Assembly: GCA_002269645.1 (NCBI GenBank)
Contig: NIVC01001537.1
Span: 1-64,000 of the forward strand
Source of the DNA: Macrostomum lignano
Lineage: Eukaryota
Direction of reading: 5' to 3'
DNA length: 64,000 bases
Shown: positions 1 to 11,862 of the stretch, one piece after another
Position numbering within the stretch: the first letter of the stretch is position 1
How the letters are laid out: the number at the start of each line of letters is the position of its first letter
Notes under the pieces: model-generated
Databases searched by the model: none
Told to the model about the DNA's origin: nothing
What the model saw: the letters and a program-made list of their open reading frames with translations, nothing else
Position numbers and translations under genes: made by a program

Positions 1-490
1 GAAAGAGTTGGGGAACGGAGGGAGAGACGGTGGAGAACTCGGGGGAAGGAAGACGGTGAGAGATGGCTGAGAGAATGGGAGAGAGATGGGGAGTTGGAGG
101 GAAAATCGAGAGACAGTAGAGAAAAGATACGTGAGATATGGGAAAGATACGGGAAAGATATGGTAGGGAGATGGAGGAGAAATGCGAGAAAGATGGGAAG
201 AGATGAGGTCCCCGAGATGAGAGAGGGATGAGAGAGAAATGGGCGACAAAAGGAGTGAGAGATGGGAACAGAATGCGAGAATGGGAAATTCGAGAGAGAT
301 GGGAGGTATGGAGTAAAAATGGGGAGTGTTGAAGGAGAGATAGGAGATGAGATGGGTGAAAGTTGGAGAGATGAGAGAGATGGGGGAGATTGGAGAGATA
401 GAGTAAAGATCGAGAAAAAATGGGAGAGAGAAGGGGAAGAGATGGTATAGATGGGGAAGAGTTTGGGGAAGGTTGAGTGCGCGATTGGGA
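1..490. repeat. GA-rich (purine-strand) low-complexity repeat block
   Basis: Degenerate GAGAT/GGGGA/GGAGA motifs with almost no C or T on the + strand; the block resumes after 1385. Confidence 0.9.
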
Positions 491-857
491 GAGACAGGCA
501 GAAGGGAACTGGCAATGACTGTGCCTGAATCTGCACAGACAGAGATCAAGGACTACTTAAGTAGAAGGACGCAACACTCGAAATCTATGGTAAATGTTTT
601 GAAGGCAACTTTTCGCCAAAAAATACACTATAAATAAATAAGCTTTATGAATCCCAATAGAGCTATAAGGAAGGCACAACATATCGAAAGATAAACATTG
701 GGTCTTTCTCCTATCAAAAGCAATAACAATTTTTGTGATGAAAAAATTAAAACCTCCTATCTCTGTAAGGTAATTCTTCGGCGAAAAGTTGCCTTCAAAA
801 CATTTACCATATATTTCGAGTGTAGCGTCCTATATACGAGTATATGTTACTTTAGTA

Positions 858-1375
858 CACCTTTTCACGTTCAATTCAAGGACGACTTAAGTAGAAGAAC
901 GGGAAACCTCGTTTCTTAGAAAATTTTTGAAGGCACTTCCTCCCGATAAAATAATCTGAACGAAAAGATTTATAAATATCGATAGAGCAATAAAAAAGGC
1001 ACAACATATCAAAAGATGAACACTGGATCTGCCTCCTATCAAAAGTAATAGCAATTTTTGTGCTGAAAAATGAAAATTTCCAATCTCCGTAGTGTATTTT
1101 TTCGGGAAAAAGTGCCTTCAAAACTTTTCTAAGAAACGAGGTTTCCCGTCCTTCTACTTAAGTCGTCTTTGGTTCAATTTTGAACAAAGTCCAGTTCTAG
1201 CAGAAATTCAATTCAGGCAATTCAGACTGGGGACAATTTTGTCTATGGCTAAAACTTGCTTCGGTTGCATAATGTTTTGAACTGGGGTTTGTTGCCCCAG
1301 TCTGAATTGTCTGAATTGAATTTCCGCTAGTTTTTTTAGAACTGGACTTTGTTCAAAATCGAACGTAAAAAGGTG
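858..1375. mobile_element. Tc1/mariner-type MITE (TA target) inserted in the right TIR of the outer element
   Basis: TA at 856-857 and 1376-1377. Termini caccttttcacgttc / gaacgtaaaaaggtg; long imperfect inverted repeats continue at about 1172-1232 and 1296-1364. Confidence 0.75.
877..1171. mobile_element. CAAGG-family MITE (295 bp, about 70-bp TIRs) with perfect 8-bp TSD
   Basis: caaggacgacttaagtagaagaacgggaaacctcgtttcttagaaa versus its reverse complement ending ...cttctacttaagtcgtctttg. gttcaatt is duplicated at 869-876 and 1172-1179. The interior is homologous to 655-750. Confidence 0.88.
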
Positions 1376-1384
1376 TAGTCCTTG

Positions 1385-2245
1385 GCAGAGATAGGGAGAG
1401 ATTGGAGGGAGAGAATAAGAGTGAGATGGAAAATAGATAAAAGAGAGAATGGGAAAGAGATGGAGAAGAGATGTCAGCGAGATGAGGAAGTGATGCCAGA
1501 GAGACGGGAAAGAGATGGGAAAGAGAATATATAGGTGGAGACGAGAAACTGAGGAGAGATACATGTAAAATAGAGAATGAGAGAGAATGGCAAAGATGGG
1601 GAAGAGATGGGAGAGAGAAGGGGAGAGAGATGGGCAAGAGAAGCGAAAAAGATGAGAGAGAAGGAGCGAAATGGGGGAGACGGGGGGTGATGGGGAAAAG
1701 ATGGCAAGAGATTAGCACGAAATGGGAGAGAGATGGCGAGAGATTGGGGAGAGACGGGGATGGATGGGAGGGTTGAGGGGGAGATAAGAGAGATAATTAG
1801 AGAGATGGAAGAGAGAATAAGAGAGAGATTAGAAAGAGATGGGAAATGGGAAAAGATGGGAGAGTTTGGGAAAGATGGGGAAAAGATGGGAGATAGAATA
1901 GGAGAGAGATTAGGAAGAGATTCGAAGAAAATCGGTTGAGCCGTTTTTTCTCTAATCGATCACAGAGATAGATACCTACCGACAAAACATTTTTAGTATT
2001 TGGATGCTAAAGAGATGGGGAAGAGATGGCAGAGAGATTATGGAAGAGACTGGGAAGAGATGGGGAGAGTTTGTGGAGAGTTGAGGGAGAGATAAGCAAG
2101 AGATGAGAGAGAGAGATGCCAGAGAGGTACCAGAGAGGTGGGGAAGTGATGGGGAAAATAGGGGTGAGAATAGGAGAGAGATGGGGAAGAGTTGGGACAG
2201 ATAGGAGAGAGTTTGGGGAGGGATGCGGATGCGGGATGCGGAAGA
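1385..2245. repeat. GA-rich low-complexity repeat block
   Basis: Same composition as 1-490; both blocks end in a similar gacag(g/a)cagaagg(g)aactggca(a/c)tgact motif. Confidence 0.85.
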
Positions 2246-2763
2246 GACAGACAGAAGGAACTGGCACTGACTTGCAATTTGCATCCTGACCTGTCAGGGT
2301 CAGTCAGGTAGCAGGAGAAAGGAAGCCATAAAAATGGCAAGAGAGCTATTTAGCAGACTTACCAATTCTCAGCGATCAAGCCGAGTGATCCAACAGGCAG
2401 AACTATTTCAGCAGATGAGCTCAGCAGGTGTAACAAATTTATTCCTTAGCAACTCAACTCACGGTATGTGTGAAATTTGCAGGTACTGCTGGGGGCTCTG
2501 CTTTTATCCTGTCTGAAATGCCAGACCGTCTATGGGCCCCTGTAGCTGAGTGCTTGCAGTCTGTGGGCAAAAAACTCTTCAACTGAGCTTGCTTAAAGTG
2601 CAAGTCAAGCGGCTTTGCCTGGGTATTGCAAAAACCATTAAAATATAAAGTTGTGCGGTCCCGCTTGCTTTGCTTTCCATGGCATTGAAAGCTCGCGAGT
2701 TTTGCTTCAGAGAGTGTGCAAGGGATGATGATCCCCTGGAGTCGGCGCTCCTGCACTCTGCAT

Positions 2764-4135
2764 GTCCTGCAGCAGTATGGGATTCTGTATGCTCCATGAG
2801 GTCCTGCAGCAGTATGGGATTCTGTATGCTCCATGAGGTCCTGCAGCAGTATGGGATTCTGTATGCTTCATGAGGTCTTACAGCAGTATGGGATTCTACA
2901 TGCTCCATGAGGTCCTGCAGCAGTATGGGATTCTGTATGCTCTATGAGGTCCTGCAGCAGTATGAGAATCTGCATGCTCCATGAGGTCTTGCAGCAGTAT
3001 GATTCTGCATGCTCCATGAGGTCTTGCAGCAGTATGGGATTCTGCATGCTCCATGAGGTCCTGCAGCAGTATGGGATTCTGCATGCTCCATGAGGTCCTG
3101 CAGCAGTATGGGATTTTGCATGCTCCATGAGGTCCTGCAGCAGTATGGGATTCTGCATGCTCCATGAGGTCCTGCAGCAGTATGGGATTCTGCATGCTCC
3201 ATGAGGTCTTGCAGCAGTATGGGATTCTGCATGCTCCATGAGGTCTTGCAGCAGTATGGGATTCTGTATGCTCCATGAGGTCTTGCAGCAGTATGAGATT
3301 CTGCATGCTCCATGAGGTCCTGCAGTAGTATGAGATTCTGTATGCTCCATGAGGTCCTGCAGCAGTATGAGATTCTGCATGCTCCATGAGGTCCTGCAGC
3401 AGTATGGGATTCTGCATGCTCCATGAGGTCCTGCAGCAGTATGGGATTTTGCATGCTCCATGAGGTCCTGCAGCAGTATGGAATTCTGCATGCTCTATGA
3501 GGTCCTGCAGCAGTATGAGAATCTGCATGCTCCATGAGGTCTTGCAGCAGTATGAGATTCTGTATGCTCCATGAGGTCCTGCAGCAGTATGGGATTCTGC
3601 ATGCTCCATGAGGTCCTGCAGCAGTATGAGAATCTGCATGCTCCATGAGGTCTTGCAGCAGTATGAGATTCTGTATGCTCCATGAGGTCCTGCAGCAGTA
3701 TGGGATTCTGCATGCTCCATGAGGTCCTGCAGCAGTATGAGAATCTGCATGCTCCATGAGGTCTTGCAGCAGTATGAAATTCTGCATGCTCCATGAGGTC
3801 CTGCAGCAGTATGGGATTCTGCATGCTCCATGAGGTCCTGCAGCAGTATGGGATTTTGCATGCTCCATGAGGTCTTGCAGCAGTATGAGATTCTGCATGC
3901 TCCATGAGGTCCTGCAGCAGTATGGGATTCTGCATGCTCCATGAGGTCCTGCAGCAGTATGGGATTCTGCATGCTCCATGAGGTCCTGCAGCAGTATGGG
4001 ATTTTGCATGCTTCATGAGGTCCTGCAGCAGTATGGGATTCTGCATGCTCCATGAGGTCCTGCAGCAGTATGGGATTCTGTATGCTCCATGAGGTCCTGC
4101 AGCAGTATGAGATTCTGCATGCTCCATGAGGTCTT
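2764..4135. repeat. 37-bp minisatellite, about 37 copies
   Basis: Unit ccatgaggtcctgcagcagtatgggattctgcatgct with few variant positions. Confidence 0.97.
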
Positions 4136-5185
4136 ACTTGAATTTTTATTACTGGGCAGATAGGAGTGACTGCTGCAGCCTAATTGTCAGCTTAGGGACT
4201 TCGATTAGCCTGAATTTAGCTGTTTGTGTTTGCGTGCACTGTACAATGTTTACTGGCTGGTCTTGCTTTGCAAAAATTTTACACTCTGATAACTAGTAAA
4301 TGAGTCGACTGGGTCAATTACTTAATGATAATCTATCTATAGCTGGACTGGTTTATAACCAACGCTTCAAATAATCAAGTCTCAGCTTCTTTCTGAAAAT
4401 TTTCTCAAAATGAAGACCTTCAAAAGTGGCGACAAAGGGCTGTACGAAGTTTGCTTAAGCTGTGAGGTCTGCCTTTTAGGTGGTGTATCACCCAGGTATC
4501 ATGAGAGGGACTCGTGCAGCGTGACACGTCGGCTTGTGTGCGATCAATGTGAAACTACTGGCAGTAGGTTGCCAATTGCGCACCGAGGGCATAGAGTGCA
4601 GAGCAAGGACTCTCGCCAGCAAGAAAACAACCGGTGGAGGGTGATTAAGGCCGCAGAAGAGCTGCGCGCATCAAACAAGACTAAGAACAAGCTTCCGCCG
4701 CGACGAACTCTGATTTCGGCTATTTGAGCCAGGGGATGAAAATTACACTGGACAGGCCAGCCAGGCGCTGCAAGCCACTCCGAAGGAGGAGTCGCTGAGG
4801 TGCCAATGAACACCGACAAGAATGCCTCCGTCCATCCAACTTCATGACCATACATAGGCCAGGCCCATTGGCTAAGGTCTGCCATGCTTCACGCCTGCCC
4901 CATCTTCAGCAGGTAAAGTTTGGTGGGAGTTCTGCACCCTCTATTTGCCTCTAGCAGCCGCAGACCCCCCACCCTGTCTCGCAAGCCGATCCAGAGGCCA
5001 TGGTACTGCTCAACGGTACACTCTGATGCCTAAGGTGTTCGACCGTGCCGATGGGCTGGAAGGCCGGGGAGTTGTCCCTCCTGGTGTCGGGCCAGCCTTG
5101 AGGGTTCCTTTGGCCTACTGCCCGGTCAGTTGGAGCGGCCGGGTGGGTACCGCGCCTCTTCGATTGTAGCCCACCAACCTTTATC

Positions 5186-5990
5186 ATGGCCTTCGAGAAG
5201 ACTATGGATAAGCAAACTATATCTAGGGACGTGGACCCTTCTAAACTCCAATCTCAGTCCGAAGGACCGGCCGGCCCTACTGGTCGATCCCAACCGACTG
5301 ATTCAACTGTGGCAAAGGGAGGACCGACTAGCTCTGCAGGCAGATCCGACCAGAGCTACCAAACCCAAAGTATCCAAAAACCTGCCAGCTCTGCTGGTGG
5401 ATCTAAGGCAACCGCGAGCTCTGAGTCTAAATGACCAGCCAAATCTGGCAGATCCGACGAAGCTCAACGGGCTCGGATTGAGCGCAAACGCGCTAAGCAA
5501 CGCGCTAAGCGGCAGGCCAAGAAGGAAGCTGCGGGGGCCAAAGCGGCGGCGCTCACTATGAGTGCTGAAGCGACTGGATTCCCAAGACAACCAGACAAGC
5601 CGGTCGGTGGAAGCTTCAGCAGTTCAGCGGCGGCGCCCCCTGGAGATGCTGCTGCGGCTGCTGAGGCCAAAACCACGGCACACCATCCCGACCTCCCTGC
5701 TAGTGGACTGGTGTATCACCGCAAGTTCCGCAGGGGGGAAAACGGGCAATTCATTTGTCCTCGGCCTCTACAACGCTTGGGCTAGTCGGTACCTTAACGG
5801 ATCCTTTTTCCAGCGGGGTGCTCTCAAGCTCAAGATGCGCCGAGGAAAGTCTGCCAAAAAGGGAAGGCTACTGCCAACCCTGGCAGCTCCGGCAAGAGCG
5901 GGGTGCAGTCTGAGGCCCATTGCAAAATGGCTCGACGTGGCACCAGCACATTGAAGAAGAGCACGAAAAGAATACTTCACAAAAAGAAAA
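5186..5990 (+). pseudogene. Possible degenerate ORF1-like region of a non-LTR retrotransposon
   Basis: Low-complexity basic/Ala-Ser-rich frame with in-frame stops (MAFEKTMDK...ARIERKRAKQRAKRQAKKEA...) upstream of the APE fragment. No diagnostic domain recognised; the call is positional. Confidence 0.3.
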
Positions 5991-6429
5991 AAAATCTGCT
6001 TTGTTTCAGCAAGCTGTTTCGGGGGGCAATAATTGCTGAGATGCTAAAGCTTAGGGAGAATCGCTGAGATGTCAAGGTTGAGGTCAGAAGCTGCATGTAG
6101 TTTATTCAAAATGTGCATTCCATTCTTTTTTGGCTGTTAATTGCTAGTTGGCTATAATTCTCACGCCAAGTTGCGTGGAAATTGGTCGCCCACCTTCGGC
6201 TTGAGCGCAGGCCAGGTGCCATCGGTGTCGCTGTCACCCACGGGCGACTCACAGGTGACCCTCTGCGCGTCACCGGAAGCGCTTTAACGCAAGGAGCTCC
6301 GCACCAGTGCCCGTCGAACGAACCCGCCAGGACTCGAGGGCCAGCACCTCCACCCCAGCCGGCTCCCGCAATACACGCGTAAGCGGAGTGAACCGAGAGA
6401 CGAGCCGACCACCAGCTCTTCTGGCCCAG

Positions 6430-6811
6430 ATTCGGCTCGCCACCTTTAACACCCGTACCCTCAGCCACCCGTGGAAGCTGCAGGAGCTGACCCGGTTGGC
6501 GGAATCTCAGTTCTGGCTGTCCAAGAGCATCGCAGGACCACGGACGAAAGCGCAGACCTGGGCTTTGGGTGGCAATTCAAGGCCGCCCCAGCCTCGCCGC
6601 GGCGCGTCGGTGATTTTTGTTGGCTGCTCTCGGCCGCTGCGTCCAAAGCCCTGCTGGACATCCGGTTCCCGACTGAGCGTCTTGGGCAAGCGGCCTTTGC
6701 CCTGAAGGACAGGCGCCTGCATGCTGTTTGCGTGTATGCCCCGACAGCCCCCTGCACCAGTCAGAATCCCGCTGAGACTGAAGTCCTCTATGACACCCTG
6801 GATCACCCACA
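6430..6811 (+). pseudogene. LINE ORF2 apurinic-like endonuclease (APE) fragment, frameshifted, RTE-like
   Basis: IRLATFNTRTL...LQELTRLA, then a shifted frame GISVLAVQEHRR...AVCVYAPT...ETEVLYDTL: the N-x-R, QE and YAP motifs of APE domains. Truncated afterwards. Confidence 0.85.
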
Positions 6812-6839
6812 GATGTTTGTTTGAGATGTTTGGGTCTTT

Positions 6840-7370
6840 TGTAAGTATTGATGAGTGCTCATAGTCGGAATGCAACTGATGGGCAGATCGGGCTCCACTG
6901 AGAACTATGGAACCATACATAGCTCGTAACAGGCACTTGCGGAATCGAAGCTTACAAATTAGTGCAGAAAATGATTCGGGTTCGTACATTGCGCTAGGTC
7001 GAATCCCGTATAAGCTGCATGGACCATGACAATAGATTAGATTAGTCAAGCTTCCCCTGTGCACTAATTGTTTTTATCCGCACGCAAGCAGCTTTAAGAG
7101 GCAGCAGTTGAGCCGGCACTCTTCGGCGTAGCATAGCCAGAAATCGACGACCAGCCTTGGCGGCGTCTGCGTAGGTATTTGCACCACAGATGCTCAGTTG
7201 TCCACTGGCATAGAGCAACCGGGTCACTCGAGGACTCCTCATCCGTTTGATGAGCACCCGGGGCCAGACCAAGGATCACTAGGAACACTTCATCTAGTAG
7301 TCCTTGGGCCAGACGGGTCGGTAGATTAGTGAGCCATGCCGAGTGCCAGTTCCCTCAGAGGAAGCTGCAG
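6840..7370 (-). pseudogene. Degenerate, intronless TATA-binding-protein-like gene (both TBP half-repeats recognisable)
   Basis: Repeat 1: IYRPVWPRVLIKRMRSPRVTRLLYASGQLSICGANTYADAAKAGRRF...RIKTISAQG. Repeat 2: MYEPESFSALICKLRFRKCLLRAMYGSIVLSGARSAHQL. Compare the TBP repeats (recalled) [23 protein letters not shown] and [34 protein letters not shown]. Broken by a frameshift near 7040 and a 37-bp insertion. Confidence 0.7.
7270..7306. mobile_element. 37-bp minimal CAAGG-family element with 8-bp TSD
   Basis: caaggatcactag-gaacacttcat-ctagtagtccttg has 13-bp imperfect TIRs; ggccagac is duplicated at 7262-7269 and 7307-7314. Confidence 0.85.
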
Positions 7371-9227
7371 GAGCGTCCTTGCCTCTTTCCAGTCTCAGAT
7401 CCATTCCACCATCTGAGCTATATATTTAGTGATCGTTAAATAATGATCAGTGTGCCCATTCCCCCATTGTGCCTTAGCTGACGTTTATTTGGTACATAGG
7501 TTAAAAAGAAAAAAACTAGAATCTGTTTCTGAGATTTTTTCATGCGATTTATCATCATACTCACGAGATCGGTTTCCAAGAATTTTATTTATGAGATCAG
7601 CATTTTGAATAGAATCTACATTCGCTTCTTCGCCTTCTAAGAATATCAGCATATGCGATCGGTTTCTAAGAATACTAAGTTTTGCGATTGATTTCGAAGA
7701 AAATTGATGCATGAGAATCGGTTTTGAAGAATCTTTTACTGATCAAATCGTTTTCTAATAATTTTTGTTTATAATGCTATTACCTGACAGACTAGCTTTA
7801 AAGAAAATAGAATAGCATAAAATATATTCGTCACTATTTTAAGAACCGGCAAATAAAGTTATGTACAATGTATCCCCCCTTTTGCCCCGGCAAACTTCTA
7901 TGGTCTCAGTGTAAATTTCATTTTTTCCATCGGTGCAAATAAACGGTTTACGAGCTATTTCACTTTGCAACTGCTCTTTCGATGCAAATAAAAGAAATTT
8001 ATTTCCGGTTTGATGTTTGATATTTCAGGTTTGTCAATAGTAAGTTGGCCACACCATCTGTCGTACTTTTTGACGCGTTGCGTATAATTTGCATTCCTGG
8101 TGATTTCATGCAGTGCAGTGTGTGACCAGTTGCAGGGCACTCCACTTGAGACCGATGCAGCATCTTTAAGACACGCTCTGACGAGCCGTATAGAGCAGAT
8201 ATTTCCAGTATTGATTGATCGTTGTTTTAATGTTGATCTGGTGAATGGTAGTGTATTGCAGTACTGTATGTCCTCTTTGCAGCCGCCGATTACAATCGTC
8301 CGAATTCTTTTACGTCATGAGCATTGAGTCATTACGTTTTGCTAATCCGATTCCAGTTTCTGAGCCCATTGTAGATGCAGAGGCGCCAAGATTAACTCTG
8401 CAGAGTGTATCTTAGGTCATTTTGGCGCAAGACCTGCTCAAAATAGGTAGGTCATTGGTGTGACTGGTCATCATAGTTTATTTGTTATCGAACTCAAGTT
8501 CTTTTATAAAAATAAAATTTCATTTAAACTTGTGTGGGTTAGAGATTATTCGGGGTTTTGCAAATCTATGCGTTGAGTTGGATAAATTTTGGGATAGATA
8601 GATTACAGAAAGAAGAGCTTAGTTTTCCTTCTCTTAACTCTGTCCATGGATGATTAGACAGTTCTCTCTCTCGGTTGTCAAGCTACTTGGGGTTGATCTC
8701 GCCTTCTTGGGCAGCTTCAGGTTCGATAGAAGTCCGTAGGCGGGCCGTGCGATTCTCCTCCAAAGTTCGCCAGGTTCTGACGCGTGCCACGGGCCGATTG
8801 CTCTTTTTGACGTCATTGCTGTCTAAGTCGGGCCTCTCCTCGGTTTGCTTTTCCCGGCCAGTTTGAGCGCCATTGTGCCTGCGGCGGAGTGTTGCTACTC
8901 ACTGGAATGGAAGGGAGGCTTTATTAGATTCGGTCATTCATATCTGACTTGACAGTTGATTAATCGTCTTAATGCTGCTTCTGTTTACCCTTCTAATAGC
9001 TATCTAGGGGTCTCATTGTGCTTTTCTGCCTCGCCCTTCACTGCGCCTAGGCATATTTAATAAATTTCCACCTATCTTCTAATTTAGGCTAAATTTTTCT
9101 CTAATCTGTTACATACCCACAGACAGACAGGGCCGGTGGAGGGGGGGTTGCTACTTTAGATATATTAGACTTCAGATTTCTAACTCTTATAATCAGGCCT
9201 GAAGCGCCAGTCCATAACTGTGGCCCA

Positions 9228-10810
9228 ATGGACAGAGCATGCGACCAATGCGGTGCATTACTTTGGTGCTCTGAGACGAAGAATTTCTGCTGCGCCAAAG
9301 GCAAGGTGAAACTGCCCAGCCGCATAGTGCAGCAAGTGCTGGCGGATCTGTACCTGGGGCGGCACAGAATGAGTGCCGAGTTCCTAACCAACATTAGAAG
9401 TTACAACTCGGGGCTGCACCTGACGTCGCTGGGAGCCAAACTGCGGTTGGTACCAGACTGGAGTCCCAGCTTCATCATCAGCGGCCAGTTGCATCACAAC
9501 ACGGCGCCGCTGTTTGCAGAGGATTCAGCTGAGCCCCATGGCTGGCAGGTGTATTTCAACGATCGCGAACTTGAAAGCCGCCAGAGTCTCAGCCAGAAGG
9601 TGAAGCCAGAGCTACCGGAGCTGCTGCAGACGCTGCTTCACGAGTGCAACGGCTATGTCCACAGCCTGAAGGCAGTCGCTCATCGAATCAGCCATGATCC
9701 GCAGTTGGGAGATGCGCGAATTGTGATTCACCCTGACCGTCGACCATCTGGTGAACACATTTAGTAAGTCTGCGAGATATTTTAAAACATATTTTGCGAA
9801 ATAAATTATCCATAATATGCTATGGCTCACGAGCGGTCAGCGGGTGACTCCGGACCGATACGATGACATCGTGTCTGCCGAGATTTCAGAGCAGCAGCCC
9901 GTGCTCTATGAGCTGGTGAAGACGCACATGATCCATGGCCCCTGCGGCAGGAGAATCCGGTGTGCCCTTGCATGGAAAATGGAGAATGCAGCAAGGGCTT
10001 TCAGAAAGAGTTCCTGTTACCCTTGCCACTGTGTTGGTGGTAAGGGCGTTTAAACTGCGGGGTGAGGTGGCTCGCTTGGCTCGGGGGGTGCGTCCGGGGT
10101 TGCGTGTGTTGCGGGGGGCGGGGTGCACGTGTGGGTGCTAGCGCGTTTTCATATTTAGTCTGCTCCTCCACTTGTATGCCGTGCGTTCATGTTTGCTCAG
10201 ATTGCTCGTGTTTGCTCAAAGTCGATGCCAATAAGAATTCTACTGAACCGAGAGAGCAGGCAGTGGTTAATTAGCAGCAGACGCAAATGGCAGAAAATGA
10301 GCCGCGTGATGAGATCAAGGAGTACCTGTCCGTGCGCTAAATTGGTCTAATGGAAGCCGTGAATACCATCTTGGGCTTTGAAGTAATTCGCATTCTAATT
10401 ATTATTGGCTCTTTTAACCAGAGCTGTGAACACCTCGTCAAAGTATAAATTGAATTTCCATCGAAACTTTAAGGCTGTATATTTTCCTTCCACTTTCTGG
10501 TCAGGTGCACAACAGGTTTATGGCGGTCATCCGATTATACGTTCACAAGTCGGAGGAGCAGGTCGTGTATTTTAACGAAGGTATCGCAAGATAAAAAGCG
10601 AGAACGCTTTTGTTTTAAGAGGGACTCAACGTGGACGCCATTTTTCAAGCTGTGCCGTATTGAAGAGTTTGCTGGGTCCTTGCTCTACACGGAGGTGTCG
10701 TCCTACTTCGTGTGGCACTCCAGTGAAAGAGAGTGGCGGCGGGCTAAGCAGGGTGCGCGAGTCGATGGCCATCTGGGTGTAGTGCGGAACACAAACGCTG
10801 CACGCATGTA
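9228..10810 (+). mobile_element. Helitron Rep/helicase remnant, fragmented and deleted
   Basis: CDQCGALLWCSE...CCAKGKVKLP...NIRSYN...ISGQLHH (9228-9764); DDIVSAEI...LVKTHMIHGPCG (about 9860-9950); DEIKEYLSVR..MEAV..ILGF (about 10310); LYVHKSEEQVVYFNE; LLYTEVSSYFVW. All are typical Helitron Rep segments, in the expected order. Confidence 0.9.
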
Positions 10811-11042
10811 AACGGGCAGAACGATTTCAGCAGATGAGCTCAGCAGATATAACAAGCTTATTATACTTATCAACTCAAATCACTGTATCTGTGCTAAAGC
10901 TATAGTGTAGGGACTGCTGGGCTCTGTTTTTACCCTGTCTGATATGCGGCACGGCTGCAGTTCCTTTTAAGGGGCGCTCGGCGCTTCCTGGGGCTACAGA
11001 CCAAGCAGGCGACGGGGCTCGAGCCTGCTCACCTGCGGCGGC

Positions 11043-11630
11043 TTGCGAGCGACCCTGCGGCCCGTCGAGGCTTCGCCCCGAACCTAGCTGTGGTCTGCAT
11101 TCTGCGCCGCCTTTCTGGTGGCCTGGTGGGAGCTGATCCGAGTCGGCGACCTGCTGCGCTCTAGCCATCTGTCCTGTTCCGGTTCTGGGCTGGTACTGCA
11201 GCTGCAGCGGTCCAAGACCAACCAGTTCGGCCAGCGTGTCCGCACGGTGCAGCTGCCCTACCTGGCCGGTGCCGCCTGGTGCCCTGTCAGTGTGGTGTTG
11301 CACCACCTGCGCCAGAATCGCATGGGCGCCACCGTCCCGTTGTTCTCCTACCTCGTGGGCTCGCGGAGGCTGCGTTTGAAGCCTCGTATGCTGACCCCGC
11401 TTCTGCGGCAGGCACTGCGTAACTGCGGTTTCAACCCGTCCACCTTCTCCGGCCACAGCCTGCGGCACGGTGGGGCCAGCTTTGCCCTGCAGGAAGGGGT
11501 GGGTGGCCTTGCCTGATATCATGGCCCTGGGTGACTGGCGCTCTGACTGTGTGAAGCGCTACTTCTTCAGTGACGGTGATTCTGTTGCCCGCAAGTCTCG
11601 GGCGGTCGGTCAGATGGTGTCGCATTTTTA
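11043..11630 (+). pseudogene. Tyrosine recombinase of a DIRS/Ngaro/PAT-type retroelement (C-terminal catalytic part, frameshifted)
   Basis: LIRVGDL (R), LQRSKTNQFG (K), FSGHSLRHGGASFA (HxxR), then a shifted frame LPDIMALGDWRSDCVKRY (W and catalytic Y). Confidence 0.88.
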
Positions 11631-11862
11631 ATTTTCCCGTCTCAACTCTAACTGTCTTATCCTCTTTGGGGTTGGGTGTTTGTTTTCTGCTCCCCCTTTA
11701 ACGCTTCGTTGCGCTATCTCCGCCTCTTGCTCGCCAAACGCCGCTTTGTTTGCCTTCTTGCCTTTCCAGATCCTCATGGTTTATTGTGTCCACTACTCTG
11801 TCGCGTTCAGTCGCTTGCCAATGTACGTGGTGCGGGGTGATGGGGTTTAAACTGTGAGGGCC

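Larger units (their letters stand above)
547..1384. mobile_element. Non-autonomous DNA transposon (MITE) with CAAGG termini, P/hAT-type, carrying two nested MITEs
   Basis: Starts caaggactacttaagtag (547) and ends gtagtccttg (1384). Flanks acagagat (539-546) and gcagagat (1385-1392) form an 8-bp TSD with 1 mismatch. Sub-terminal inverted repeats at about 578-618 and 780-820. Confidence 0.8.

Noticed and set aside
2454-4127. Long minus-strand ORFs (207-385 aa) rich in C/H
   Set aside because: By-product of a stop-free 37-bp satellite; open in all three frames with the same 37-aa cycle, so not a zinc-finger gene.
4410-4885. Cys-containing ORFs on both strands upstream of the LINE-like region
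   Set aside because: No recognisable domain or splice pattern; cannot be supported.
7485-8870. Short ORFs and loose repeats upstream of the TBP-like relic
   Set aside because: Several stops in every frame examined and no motif I can assign; a weak RTE C-terminus-like RTWRTLEE is insufficient.
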